A stretch of 64,000 bases of DNA from Tubiluchus corallicola (lineage: Eukaryota > Animalia > Priapulida). Position 1 is the first letter of the stretch. Every line of letters begins with the position of its first letter. The translations under genes were made by a program, and so were the position numbers. The stretch lies in contig JAQGDQ010000030.1 in the NCBI GenBank assembly GCA_030141605.1, forward strand, positions 541,171 through 605,170, given 5' to 3'. This document shows, one piece after another, positions 38,701-51,699 of the stretch. Under the pieces are notes generated by a model. The model worked only from the letters and a program-made list of their open reading frames with translations. It did not search any database and was not told the origin of the DNA.

Positions 38701-41700
38701 GACATTTTTGTTTTTGGCAGCCATCTTGGCCACCTTCTTAGATTTTGACTCAGCTAGAGTGAATTCCACGCGATTCCACATTTGAAAGTAATAAATATGG
38801 TCGGAAGAACTATTATGCCATGTTTCTCAATGGTCTTTTGGTGGCTTTACTGGATTGGCAATATGAAATTTTCTGAATTAATGACTTTTTATATATAGTG
38901 ATTTTACATGTCATTCTCTTTTAGCAATGTGACAATGGCTTACAATAGCCAAATTGTATCACAGTCCAGTTCCATCCAAGACATCACATGAAGCTATTCT
39001 AAAAAGAATCAGCCTAAACATGTACTTACAAATCCAATGAAAGATTCTAAACTGTAATTTCCCGAAATGCCACCCTCTTTCAGCATCTGTCGTAGGTAAC
39101 CACCCAATGTCAGTTCCTGTATTTTCTTTGTTGAAAAGTACAACATTTTATCGCTGTTGCCTTCCAAATAGAACGGCTGAGACTCGCCGGGTCCAGTGAG
39201 GGTTGGAATGGTCTTTAGGTATTTACGGATGACGCTACACGCATTATGTTCACCACTGTTTTCATCCATCCAACATTTTACCCACATTCTGTAAAATAAA
39301 TGGGAGAAAATATATTCAGCAGTAAAAATAAATTTGTCACCAAGAGTGGCAAGCAAGAAAGCAATCATATAATAATATACAAATACAAACTGTGCCAGTC
39401 TCCCTCTTTTTTCTCAAGAGCAAGTTCAATAGATATTTATAGCTTCTGTGGCTTTTTAAAGGGAAACCTGACCTAATTTTAAATTGCAGGTCAAAACAAT
39501 CTACCCTTTAAGGGAACATGCTGTTTTTTTCAAGAATGACTTACTTGAAAGAATTATTATGACACAAACACAATTTCCCGTTCACGTCACTAGTTCTTTG
39601 CCAGTACATGCATTTCGCCATTCGCTAGTTAGATACTAGTGCCTATATTTAGGAAACGTGTTGCAAAAAAACAGGTGCTGTACCTCTCAGTTCAGAGGTG
39701 TTCGTTTGTGATGTAGTACACACATTTGATAGCTCATGCGTGAGCACAGCGGTAAATTTGGAATTTGAATTTTTATCTTAAAACTTGCCTAGTTTTATTT
39801 AGTACAACATATTGAATCTCTGACAGTAGCATTGTACTTCAATCTTCATTTTCGCAAACGTATGTTCACGGAATGTTAAAAATTATATTTATTTGTGATG
39901 TCATCAATAGTTGGGATCTCCTGCCATTGATCAAGATTTTAATCAATGATCTAATTATCAGAAACGCTTTTGGAGCAACAATGGTGTTAAAATGAATAGT
40001 TTTATCACATTTAAAAATGGGGTAGGATATGAAAAATCATCCTGGCTTCCTTTAAAGCATATACGCATTACTTACAGACCTAGATTGTTCAGTGACATCA
40101 CTACTCCCTTAGCTACAAACAGAATCTATTATTGCAGTTACTCAATATGAACCAACATTGACACCATAATTTTTTCTAATTGTTGTTAACAAACTAAAAT
40201 AGGGCCTACGGTATTCCGTTTCAAAATTGACCAAACTCTATTTCAAATCCGGGTCACAGAAATTAGAAGTCACATGGCCCTGTAACTAATACTTATCATC
40301 AAATTATGTGATGTGCGACAGATTGTAATTAAAAAACTAAATTTTTATATGAATTAAGTATGTAGCCTATCAGGTATTTGTATTTGGCTGAGATAAAATA
40401 AGAATGCCAACTTTTAATTCGCACACAAAATTACAGAACAATATCCTATCATATTCGTACAAATCATTGGGAAATACCCTGGCTAGCTGTCACACGCTTA
40501 ACATCGTCAGATCGTGTTTGTGGGAACAAGGTCTATAAACGTACTGCTATTTGCTACAAGCTCACGCTAAAGAAATTTCCCATATTTCTGGTGGCAAATG
40601 CAAAAACAAAGTGAATGTAGGAATGTTGCATAAAAAATAAAACTTGGAGAAGAACTTCTATTAAGGTCATGAAAGCTGAAAAATGTTACTTTTATGCTAC
40701 AGAAGCATAATACAACAGAAACCGAGCTAAAAATGCAAGATTAGCTACCTGTCTTGTCCTCTCATATGTGGATGAGCAACTGCGAGATAAGTCTTTGTCT
40801 TTCCATTTTCGTCCGTCTCTGAGCTCCAAGTAAAGTCTTTCGTAGTTAGATTGTAATGTTGCTGAACGGTCAATAATCTGAAACTCTTGCATAGATAGAA
40901 GAATGCTGCATAACTCAACCCTTTAGCAGATGTCAGGTTGAACACATCCCTTTCCCACAAAGAGTTTTCTATTCGCTGTGACAGCATGATCACCTGACCC
41001 ATGTGTCGCCGATGTAGGACTCTTGTCATTACTGGAGATTCTTTCATCTCAGTTTGCTTCGTAACCACTTCACTCGCACCTCTGCCAGCAGGTGTAGAAT
41101 CAATAGTTTTTACAGGATTAATTTGCGCCAGGTAAGCAGGGGTAATGCGGCGTTCTGTTATCCTTTCTTTAGCTGTTTTAAGCTTTTCCACAGCATACTG
41201 AATGTATCCGCTTGTCAGGTTTTTAAGAACATTTGGTGCCTTATACTTTAAAGCAATGAACTTGGTGTGCTCGCACTCCTCGATCACATAATCGATGATA
41301 TGTTGATATATGATTATTAGTGCATCGTGGCTGAGTTTGCTTCCGTCCATGTGACGCACTTGGTTCAGCATGGTCAATAGACATACTTCAAACTCCAGTG
41401 GCGTTAGGATCCAAATTTCATTCACTGCAAAGTATCGAAAACATTGATTTGAAACTTATTTTGTTTCACGTGTAGAACAGCACTATTACTGATGCATTCA
41501 GTTTGATAAATGATACCCCGATTTAAGAATTTAGAAACCATGTGTGATGATTTTGATGTAATCAACTACATTAGTACTGAGTCTTGCTGTTGAGTGAGTA
41601 CTGCACAATTTGCACCATTGAAATAGTGATTGTAAAACAGCAAGGCATATCTCCTCGTTAGTAGGGTCTTAGAGCTTAGACAACGTAAGGTCATATTAAT

Positions 41701-44435
41701 ACAGAAAATAACAAATTATTGTCACCTTACAATACAAATTATATTAATGAATAATGCAAATAAAATAGCACAGCTTCTTATTTAGACACGCTGTGACTTG
41801 TACGTGTAGAACCAGAAAATTAGAACACGAAATTACACTGTCCTAATCTCTGTTTTGGCTTTATAGACCATTTCTTTTTCAAATCAAACTGCGCTTATTC
41901 TCTCCAAAATGCTCAAACAATTGAAAAATTGTTTTTCACTATGAAACCTAACAAGCAAATAAATCTTTAGGTGGAAACAAAATATTAAAGGTCAAGAAAA
42001 ATCGTCATCTCAATTCACTCAACAGATGGCATAAAAAGACATGTATGAAATCTTTAAAAATCCCTTTGTGCAAAAAACTGAAATACACTAGTAGCAAGTA
42101 GTGTCAAAGACAAAAAAATTACCAAAAGGTATGACAATAGGAAGGCCAAGTTTTGCATTCTGTGAAGAATTCTGTCTGGCTGCCCAGCAATTCCACAGTG
42201 TCATTGCCCAGCCCAAGTCTGGAAAATCTCTTTCCTTTGTTTGACGACCACATTTCATAAAATTACTAAAAAAAAGTATAATAGTTATATTTAATTTTCA
42301 GCATTCTCAATAAAATTTTATATGCACTTTTTTAAGTTTTGTAGAATATGTGATTGCATTACAATCAGTGACATTTTACATCATTTTCTTTATGTTATCA
42401 GAAGGGCCATATAAAAATATCTAGAACTACCAACAGCTTATGACAGCACATTTTTGAAATTCTTTGCATTTTTAATCATCAGGTGGCAGTAAATGAGTAA
42501 TTTAGCCTATGACTTTATTCTTAGTAACATTTTTAACATGAGGATTGCAGAACAATTATGACACCTATATCGTTTTAATAAACTTGAATTGCTCCCACTT
42601 TTCAGGATAGATTTGATTTGATACTTAATATGTGCACAAGTTTAATGACAAAATCAGTGCCTGTCCAAACTGATTCAGAAGTAGAGAAGGTAAAAATAAA
42701 CTTTGACTCGAAAGCCCCTCAGCTAGTACTGAGAAAATTGTCGCACTTTTTTTCTTCACAGATGACATCATGTATAAGAAGCTCCTAATCTGCTTCTGCT
42801 ATTACTTATAGGTGGAGATGCAAACATGATTAAATTTTGCTCCTGGCATGTTATTCAAAATGTCAGCAAGCCAATGTAAGGCCTACACTAATATCAGTGA
42901 ATAAATTATTTCTAATGTTTTTCTGAATGAATTATATTTACATGCATTGAAGCGTTGCTAACATTTAGAAAAACAATTATCTAATGACTTTTCGTAATAG
43001 CCTACATTTAAATTTAACTATTTCAAGGGTGACAATTTGTCGAGTTGAAGCAATGCCTAGTTATTTCAGTGTCAATAACCACACAATCATTTTTGAGCAG
43101 TTTATGCTTTTTCACTAGTTTCATCATACAACAATAATCAGACATAATTAAAACTACAGCACTCATGATTGGTTAAGTGTTAAAGCTAATATTTTAAATT
43201 TTCAAAAAAGCCTACTAACATATCCTGATATATGTTCGTCAACATAATTTATACACAACTCAAGAGACAATACTCAAATAAGATCTGCATATTAATAAAT
43301 ATTGTCAATCAAAGCATGATGCAACGTTGTAAAATATTGTTTAATACTCAAGTCATTAGTGAAAACATCATGTTAGATCGCTTACCCAGGCTCACCCGTG
43401 TGTATGCTCATTGAAGGTGTAGATTTTGATCTCATAATATCAAAAAATTTCAAATTTAGTAGACGTTCCTTGTTACTTCAAGAATGCAGATTGGTGCCTA
43501 AAAACAATGATCATTTGAAAAACCATTAATACCAAGTGGAGTTATAATTCTGAACTAAAGTTCATTAGAACTAAAAGAACACTACAGAAAAAATCTGGCA
43601 TGTACGCATAAAATTAACAATGCTGAAATAATTATACTGATTAGCTTGGTATCAAAATGATTCTAATGAAATAGAGATTCAGGATATGTAAATAACTAGA
43701 AAAGTTTAACTGCCGACTTATAGGGGATTTTGCTATGCAAGCACAGAAATAATAATGCTGAAATACACTGATTAGCTAATAAATTACAAACCGATACTAA
43801 AATATATGTAAAAAATTACACCCAGCTGTCATATACTTTGCATAACCTGTTGATAGTTAAAAAAACACAAAGCTGAATGCTAAAATTACAGTGTTCTGTA
43901 TAAGGCACCCAAGCGGACGAAAAAATAGCAAGTTAAAGCTTATACGTCAACGGTTTCAAATTTTCTATAATGCTCATTACTGTAACAGTCTAATTGAACA
44001 CAGAATTCGCAGGTAATGAGACGTACTATACAACGGCGGCCATAAAGTAAACACCAACTACCCCATTACAGCAAGTACGAACGCATTTTTCACAATACTG
44101 TATGAGCACAAAGCAAACTTCGAACTTTAGCGTATGCTCAGCGCCTACCGCGAAATCAGGACAGCGAGAACAGGATTCAGGGCTTAGGCAACTTCAGCGC
44201 GGAGGAGCAGCTATCTAACGGGGGCAAAAGTAATTAAAATACCAACATTTAGAATAGTTAACATAATTTATTTTCACAAATTTGTCGTAGCGACGCGCGT
44301 GAAACTGCTACAGCACAGTATATAACAACTAGCTACAAGTCCGTAACAACGTTTGACATAAAAATATTACATCCCACCCCGTAGACAACACAAAACTTAC
44401 TCGTGTGCGAGGAAAACGGACACGGAATACACCAT
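35744..44435 (-). CDS. DUF3504 (Crypton tyrosine-recombinase-derived; ZMYM/QRICH1/KCTD1-like) protein, 5 exons, about 797 aa
   Basis: Exons 44435-44401, 42265-42123, 41424-40749, 39288-39030, 37024-35744; all GT-AG, phases 2,1,2,0 consistent, 2394 nt. Motifs WAMTLWNCWAARQN, LSYAAFFYLCKSFRLLTVQQHYNL, CSVIRKYLKTIP...PFYL...LRQMLKEGGISGNYS resemble DUF3504. Long S/P/E/N-rich C-terminus. Confidence 0.8.
37999..38334 (-). mobile_element. Remnant of an Academ-like DNA transposon protein in intron 4 of the DUF3504 gene
   Basis: FSSLYISCRTRDENIHQFFDHENQ and LFDGIVVIH resemble recalled motifs of invertebrate XPG/PIN-containing transposon proteins; GGCAGCCATCTTGG motif near 38717. Superfamily assignment is from memory. 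Confidence 0.45.
39460..40051. mobile_element. Possible Kolobok-like MITE
   Basis: TTAA on both sides; weak inverted ends AGGGAAACC / GGCTTCCT. Confidence 0.3.
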
Positions 44436-46815
44436 TTTCACATATTGGGGGTGCGGCGGCATTGCGGTAAACATACGAAAAGGCTGTAGTTACGTAACAA
44501 TATCATGCATGCATCTGCTGTCACTCATTATGTGCGATGATATAAATCACTTGCAATTCTGCTTTTTATAAATTGTTTTTCATTTTCGTATTTAATGTTT
44601 CTTTCTCATACTTAATGTTTTATAACTGTGCCTGCTCCACTTATGTTTTTACTTCCATATTATGCTTTTCTTACTTCATATATATTCACTTTATTATGAT
44701 TATTTTGCTCATTGTTTCACAGTTGTTATTAAGTTTTTTTTATATTTTGTTTGAGTTTATTACTACATATTTTGTTTCTTTCACTGATTTATTATTTATA
44801 TTTTTTTGTTTTTTTTGGTTTGACTTTTTTCTAGTTTTTTGTTTTAATCGGTTAGTTAAATGCTTTACATATTTTGTTAATCATCATTTCATATTTTTCA
44901 TTTTATTTCTTTGTTGCATAGCTTACTTAGTTGTTTCGCTTTCATGTTTAATGTATCCCCCCATAAATTCATGTTAACAGCAGCACCACAATTTTTTTAC
45001 AATTTTCACTAACCTGAGAAGGGTAGCTGACTCGATGACCAATTGGTCTTTCGCTACCCTTTCTCCTGCACCCCCCTTAACGCTTTCCTTTATGCTTAAT
45101 TTATCCTTTTTAATCAATAACTAAAAAAATAATAATTAGTCAATTTGTATACAGGTGTAAATGAGGAGATAAATAAAAATGTCTATGTCTATGTATTTAC
45201 TTCTTAGCTACCGATTTTTTTATTTCATAACTTTCGGTTAAACAACAGCAATAGTTAGCGTTAATAAATCATAATTAAAATACAGTCATTCCTAACACGG
45301 TCTCACAAAACAAAGGGAAGAGATGGCAACACTGCATGTTTCCCAATTTTAAGTTTTATTTATATTATTTTTAGAAATATCTGCATTAATTCCAAGGAAA
45401 TATCATTATTCTTTTGTAAAGAAACGCATAAAAACAGGAAAATATTGATATGCGTCGCCTCTCCAGTGAGTGGCATTTTAAGTGTTCTTACAAAAAAAAC
45501 AATGGGAATTTTTGGCAGAAAATCAGGTTTGGTCTGTTTAATAAAAAGCCATAAAAATTTAATTGTTCCCTAAATTTAGGAACGAAAATTGTTTTCCACC
45601 GTCAGACGTCTTACAAGTATACATGCAAGTTTTCCCTGAAAATAATTATAAAATAATGGTTAACAATACAGGTTTGTTGCTCTGACAAAATTTATTACTA
45701 TAACCCATAATAAGTATGTTTCAAAATTTTCACTAAACTATAATTTTTTTTATAATTTTTATGACTGTAAACCACAAAGACTTTTACTATGATTGTATTC
45801 AAAGTTCTACATGCAATTTGCTTACCACACTGTAAAATCACTCACGTGAGGTGGATTTACCAAACTTTGACTTGAAACACATCACACAAAATCTCAGAGA
45901 ATTAAGATGTTATACTTATATAAGCGCTTTGTGGAAAGGGCTGTTAGCAGATCACACAGGTATAATCCTTCAGTGAAGAATGTATAATGTCTTGTAAGTC
46001 TTAACACAAGTTAAAGTTCTCAATGAGACAAAGTAACTTACTTGTAGTATTACATTGGTGGCAGTTAGGAAGTCAGTGCAATAGTGCAAGTCTATTACTG
46101 TCTCATTCTTCTAAATATGGGTTGATATGGATTCAAAAAGGTCATTGAAAAGATCAATGTCATGGTCAGAAAGGTAATTGCAAAGGACAATGTCAGACAT
46201 CGTGCAAAACTTAAAATAAGGCCAGGTGATGTCTGAAAAGGTGATCAGAACTGTTCTGAATTTAATACAACAGCTCATTTTTTCTATGTCATTTCCCAGT
46301 TTTCTTTGCTAAGAATCTGGTTTGGTGGCTTCCTAATCACTGTTCTGATTCACAAGTTTAAAGAAGGTACAGCTTCAAATCTTGTAGACGTTACCAAAAA
46401 ATGCACGGCCTCAAGCGGCATTTACTAAGTGCACACAAAATACGTGATGCATTATAGATAAAAATCACTTAAAACTCCTTTACAAATACAAATTATTTTA
46501 AATGTTTTCTTTTTATACCTTAAATACAATGCAAGCTCAAAAGCAGAAATTCAGTTATTAGTTAACACACATTTATTAACTAAATAAGCGCCGCCACGAC
46601 ATGTACATCAATATTAGTTATTCGCAGAATCTTACACAGATTTTATAAACATTTAGGTCCAAACAGCCCTTTGCAAGAGCATTTTCCTTTAATTGGACAC
46701 TGCCCCATATAGGTCTTCTTGATCCTCAACAAGGATATGTAGCTATTTCACTGAAGGTCAATGGCTTTTAGTCACTTTCACAATATACACAAACTGTGAA
46801 GTAAACTACTGCTGG

Positions 46816-48117
46816 CTACACAAATTTTGTCGCTATGGCTAAAATTTTGCTGAAATCACCGGTTTTCTTGGCTCTAAGTGCCGAAGGTATGGGCACACGA
46901 ATCCGTGTTCCAAGCGGTGTACCAGAGTCATCGACAAGTACCATGTTGTTCGAATCAAATCTTGGCATTCCTGGTGGCTGTTTCTGTCGACATCCGACAA
47001 TATAGCCACGCTTCTTTTGTCCCTTGATTGCTACTAGAATTTTGTCTCCTACGGTGCCAATACCTTTCTTATTGTAAATGTGAATGCAACGTGGCGGCTT
47101 CCCAGACTGCATTGCAGTTCTCCCAAGCTCACTGTTGTCTACGACACGAAGTCGAGTAAGTTTGATGATGTGTTGCAAACATGAGCTAGTACTGAAACAC
47201 ATAATAATGCATGACTTTGACATACAGCTTAAATTAAAGGGTATGAAAGCAACCAGCTAGTTAAAAAATCAGTTGATGTCATTAACTAATAACTAATAGA
47301 CCTAGTGGCTAAACAGAAAAACCTGAATTTTTTTCACACAATTTTTTTTTATAATCATGAACCTTACCAAATCAGAACCAAGTTCCATATTTTTACATAA
47401 TCACTGCAAACAAACCTGAGGCTACTCGAGGTAAGATGTTACAATGGAAAGATGAAACTATAAATACTAGCCCAAAACATCGAATTCTCAAACTAATTTA
47501 CTAGTTCTCAATGTATTTGTCTTCAGCAAGTGAGGTTGTAGTTATTAGTGAAATAATTTCATGACAAAATATAAGCGGCTTCACAATAGATACTCATGAG
47601 CAATATGTCGACATTTGTGAGTCAATGACGAGAGTCATTCATGAGTTCATCTTCCGAGTAATAAAACAGGCTTAACGTATAAGAACTGCAGGTTTTACGT
47701 TAGAATTAACCCAATGATTTTTCAACTTGTCAAGTTGGTTAAGACGACAAACTCCGACAATCGATTAGTAGAAAGCGTGAGAATTCAAGGCGAGGATTTT
47801 TATAGCAAAGTACAGGTACCTCAGTTTTTTCGACAGAGAATAATGTATTATACTGAATAATTACAAAAATGAAATGTTTGTGTCATTACAAGTGTTAATC
47901 GGGCTTCTCTATTTCAAGCAGCAGGTTAGTAAAAAAAACCTCAATTATAAACTTTATGAAACAGCATCATTCCTGCAACTGCTTGTACAGTTAAGGATGC
48001 TGGTAGATCAGTGCATCAAAAATAATATTTGTACCTGAATAAGTTAACTTTTGAAGAGATGTCTCCATAACCAAAGGCACTCCTAAGCTTGCAGCATTGT
48101 TTTTGGAAAGCAAGCAT
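46816..48117 (-). CDS. MRPL14: Mitochondrial ribosomal protein L14 (uL14m), 2 coding exons
   Basis: Exon 48117-48035 (MLAFQKQCCKLRSAFGYGDISSKVNLF, targeting-peptide-like) joins in phase 2 to 47191-46816 (LTRLRVVDNS...PPRCIHIYNKKGIGTVGDKILVAIKG...RFDSNNMVLVDDSGTPLGTRI...ILAIATKFV*). Probable 5'UTR donor near 48471. Confidence 0.95.
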
Positions 48118-48564
48118 TGCTGAAAAACAAACCGTTATTAAATCTAACCTGCCAAATGCCCTGGAATTATGCTGCATGCATCATAGTTATCATTTCAAGG
48201 GAAGCAGTAGAACAGTCCTATTAATTATATAACTGCAGAGCTAATTTTTCCTTTTTTTGTTTTTTTTTCACCAGTCTCTCAATTATAGACCTAGCTTGGC
48301 TGAAAGTCAGCAAAGAATATATGGCTATGATCAGGGATGTTACCGAAATTAAAATTTTGCCGATAAGCGCACTTTCGGTTGAGTTTTGTTTTCGTTGAAA
48401 ATTATCAAGTTTCGTAGCTGAAACTTTTGGTAGCATTTTTCTGAGGTTTTAGTAGCACTTATCCAGCTTACCATTTTTTTCTCACAGATGTTAAAAATTG
48501 CAGAAATAATTTGAGTAAAATAGCTCAAATAAAGCGTAAATATCATTTATTAAACTTTGTGTAC

Positions 48565-51170
48565 CATCATCATCATCATCCAATGAATCATACGTCCAGG
48601 GACATGATTCTGTTCACCTACCTATGCCAGGACTGCTTGCTGCAGTGCCCCAAGAGCATTTATTTCTAAGGATCAATGCTGACGTGTTTAATCTTTCTGT
48701 GTAAAATCTAAATATGTTAGCATTTGTCCTCTTGCAGGTTTTTTAGCTGGTTCTATGGCTTGTTGAAGAGCTACCTTCATTGGAATATCATCAGGTAGTC
48801 TAAGCATATGCCCAATCCATCTTAAATGGCGTCTTTTTATTTTTCTTGTCCAAGGTCCTTCTTTTATTTTTTCATATAGATCTTTGTTTGAGATTTTCTT
48901 TGGCCATCTGATACCTAAAATGTTTCTGTAACTTCGCCTTTGAAACATATCGATTTCAGCTTTATGATTTGCTTTTAATGACCAGAGCTCAGAGTTATAC
49001 AGAAATACAGTTTCAACTAAGGCTGTGAATATTCTAGTTTTTGTTTCCAAAGAAATCTTCCTATTCTCAAAAACTTTTGTGAGTTTTGAGTAAGCCGATA
49101 ATGCCATTTTTGGCACTACAAGAAACTCATGTGAAATCAACAGAGAATTATTCCTTAGATAACAAGTATAAAATATTTTTGCATGAAGATAACATAAGCA
49201 CTCGTGCTGGAGTGGGTTTTGTTCATTCGGTGGATTTTAACTGCACGTATAATGTTATAATTTCAAGAATTATCGATCTCAAAACTCACATAAAAAACAA
49301 GCAAGTTATAATTGTAAATGGCTATGCACCCACGCTAGTGAAAAGTGAAAAGGATACCAAGTTACGAGTTTCTTTTTATGACGATTTGGATAACTTTATT
49401 AGTACAGTGGCCTAAAAGTCATTTGTCATTTCAATGCCAAGATTGGATCACTGCATAATTCATTACCAGAGCATATAGGTAAATATGGAAAAGGAATTTC
49501 AAATTCAAATGGATTATAATTAGTTGAAACTGTTGTAGCCAAAAAACTAACACTGTATTCCAACATAAATACGCTCACATCACTACCTGGCAAACAACAC
49601 AGCTGGTTTAAATATACGACACCGACCACTCTTTGGTTATGACTAAGATTTCAGTCAAATGGGTAAAGATGCTATAGGAAAAGCAAAGAACAAAATACTT
49701 AGATGTTGCCAAGCTAAAGGATAAAGATTATAGAGAAAAATACAATTTAAAGTTAGAGCAGAACATTACTAAATTTCCATCTGGTGAGAAATTCGGCAGC
49801 AGAAATACTTGGACATGTGAGATTTAATGATAAAAAGGTCAAAGATGATACGACAGAAGCTTTCTCTGCGAATCAGAAAGTTTTGAAAGATAAAATTTAC
49901 CAATGTAAAAATTTAGCAGAAATTGATGATCTTAAGAAGAAATGCAAGGAAATTCTAAAGCGAATTTATGAAAAGTTAAAACAAATAGAAGAAAAAAGGT
50001 GACTGGTATCGGAGAAGAAATTGAGCAAACAAAAAATGATTCTTCTAGGCATTTTAAAACAATACGGACTTTGACGAACTTTCAACCAAAGAAAAAATTG
50101 ATTGTAGAAGGAAATGATGGTCTAATTACTGAAACTGATCAGCAAAATGAAGCCATAGCAAAATTTTTTCAGAAATTTTTTTAATGATGAAAATGCAGTT
50201 GGTGTTAAAAGGATTCACTATCCAATGAAAGTTCCATTTACTGAAGAAGAAGTAAAGCATGTGGCAAAATCATTGAAAAACAACAAAAGTTCGGGCGCTG
50301 ATGAATTAAATGCTGAGTTAGTCAAGTATGGATCAGATAATTTATATGTAGAAATCACTGAAATTCTAAACAATATTTCAAAAACAGGCACATTTCCGCA
50401 GGATATTCAAAAAGGAATACTTATCCCTTTACCCAAGCCAGGTAAGACACAGGGTCCTATAGAAAATCTTAGACCATTGATGTTGCTTACACTAATAAGG
50501 AATATTTTGGCTATCTGTATGTTGACTAGGATCTACGATAGGTTACACACTTACATTCCAACAAGGCAAGCAGCATATCAACTAGGATGGAATACTACTG
50601 AATTAGTACAAGCCTGTAAATTACTAGCTGAAAGAGCCATATCTTCTGTTGATTACTCAGTATATATTCTCATGATCGATATGTCAAAGGCCTTTGATTG
50701 CATTCGGAGAAAAACTCTGCTTTGCTGTCTGGAAGAAATCCTTGAACCTGATGAAATACACATCATAATTAGAAGAGTATTCTATAATTCTCGTAAGTTT
50801 AATGTAATTTGATAACCACATCAGTGTCTGTACGTTTTACTTTATATCTTGTCATAGCTCTCACTGAGGACAAAGTTATACCATTGAAAGACCTACAAGA
50901 TCACAACTACACAATTCTTGATCCTGAATTAATACCGAATGAAGTAAGACAAGAACACAATTACAGCTCCCTACAAAGTAAGTCAACTACCATATCTATG
51001 CAGTATGCTGATGATGTGGCATGGATTATAGGAAACAAAGAAGAAATAAAAAAACTCAATAGAGGAGAAACTGAACAGAATGGATCTCGTTGTAAACAAA
51101 AATAAAACTGAAGAGTTTCATATAACACACCTTAGTGATGAATCAAGGCAAAGATGCAAGTATCTCGGTA
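48565..51170. mobile_element. Decayed RTE-like LINE with internal inversion
   Basis: Plus strand about 49110-51170: AP endonuclease (LALQETH, GVGF, NGYAPT, FNAKIG) and RT (PLPKPGK, NLRPLML, IDMSKAFD, QYADD, CKYLG). Minus strand about 49110-48688: post-RT domain (KTRIFTALVETVFLYNSELW, LRWIGHMLRL) ending in a (GAT)n tail at 48565-48580. Confidence 0.88.
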
Positions 51171-51699
51171 TTGTAGCATGCTGTTTTCGGCAATGCGGCA
51201 TATCTTCAGTGCTGACGACTGTGAAGCTTTAAAGTCTCCAGGTACAATCAACTGAAATATCAACCCTAATTTGAGGAACCAACTTTAATTATATAATTTA
51301 TGAAATATAGGCAACAAAATATTTACAAATTTTTTTACTTTTTGTATTACAAGATTGTATCAGAGCAAATACACCAAACAGACAGAAACAAAGTATTTTG
51401 TTTATTTCACATTTTTTTCAGTTTTGATAGTAGTTGGTCTTGCAAAAATGATTCTGGTTCGGTTTCATTTCGGCATCGTGTTCTAAGTTTCATAAATTCT
51501 GCTTTCCATTTCGGTTTGTGATTTCAGTTCTAGTAACATCAGTTTATCTGTTTATACACAAGACTGAAAAAACATGAAAAATTATTGTAATTACACATTA
51601 TAATATCACTCGTTACTAAGACTATATGCACCAATAAGAATTGAATTGTATTTATATACCATATTATTTAGAGAACCATTAGTAATCTTTGCTGGCAAT

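Noticed and set aside
44573-44977. 134-aa hydrophobic ORF resembling a membrane protein
   Set aside because: T-rich low-complexity DNA giving F/I/L codons; non-ATG start and no family motif.
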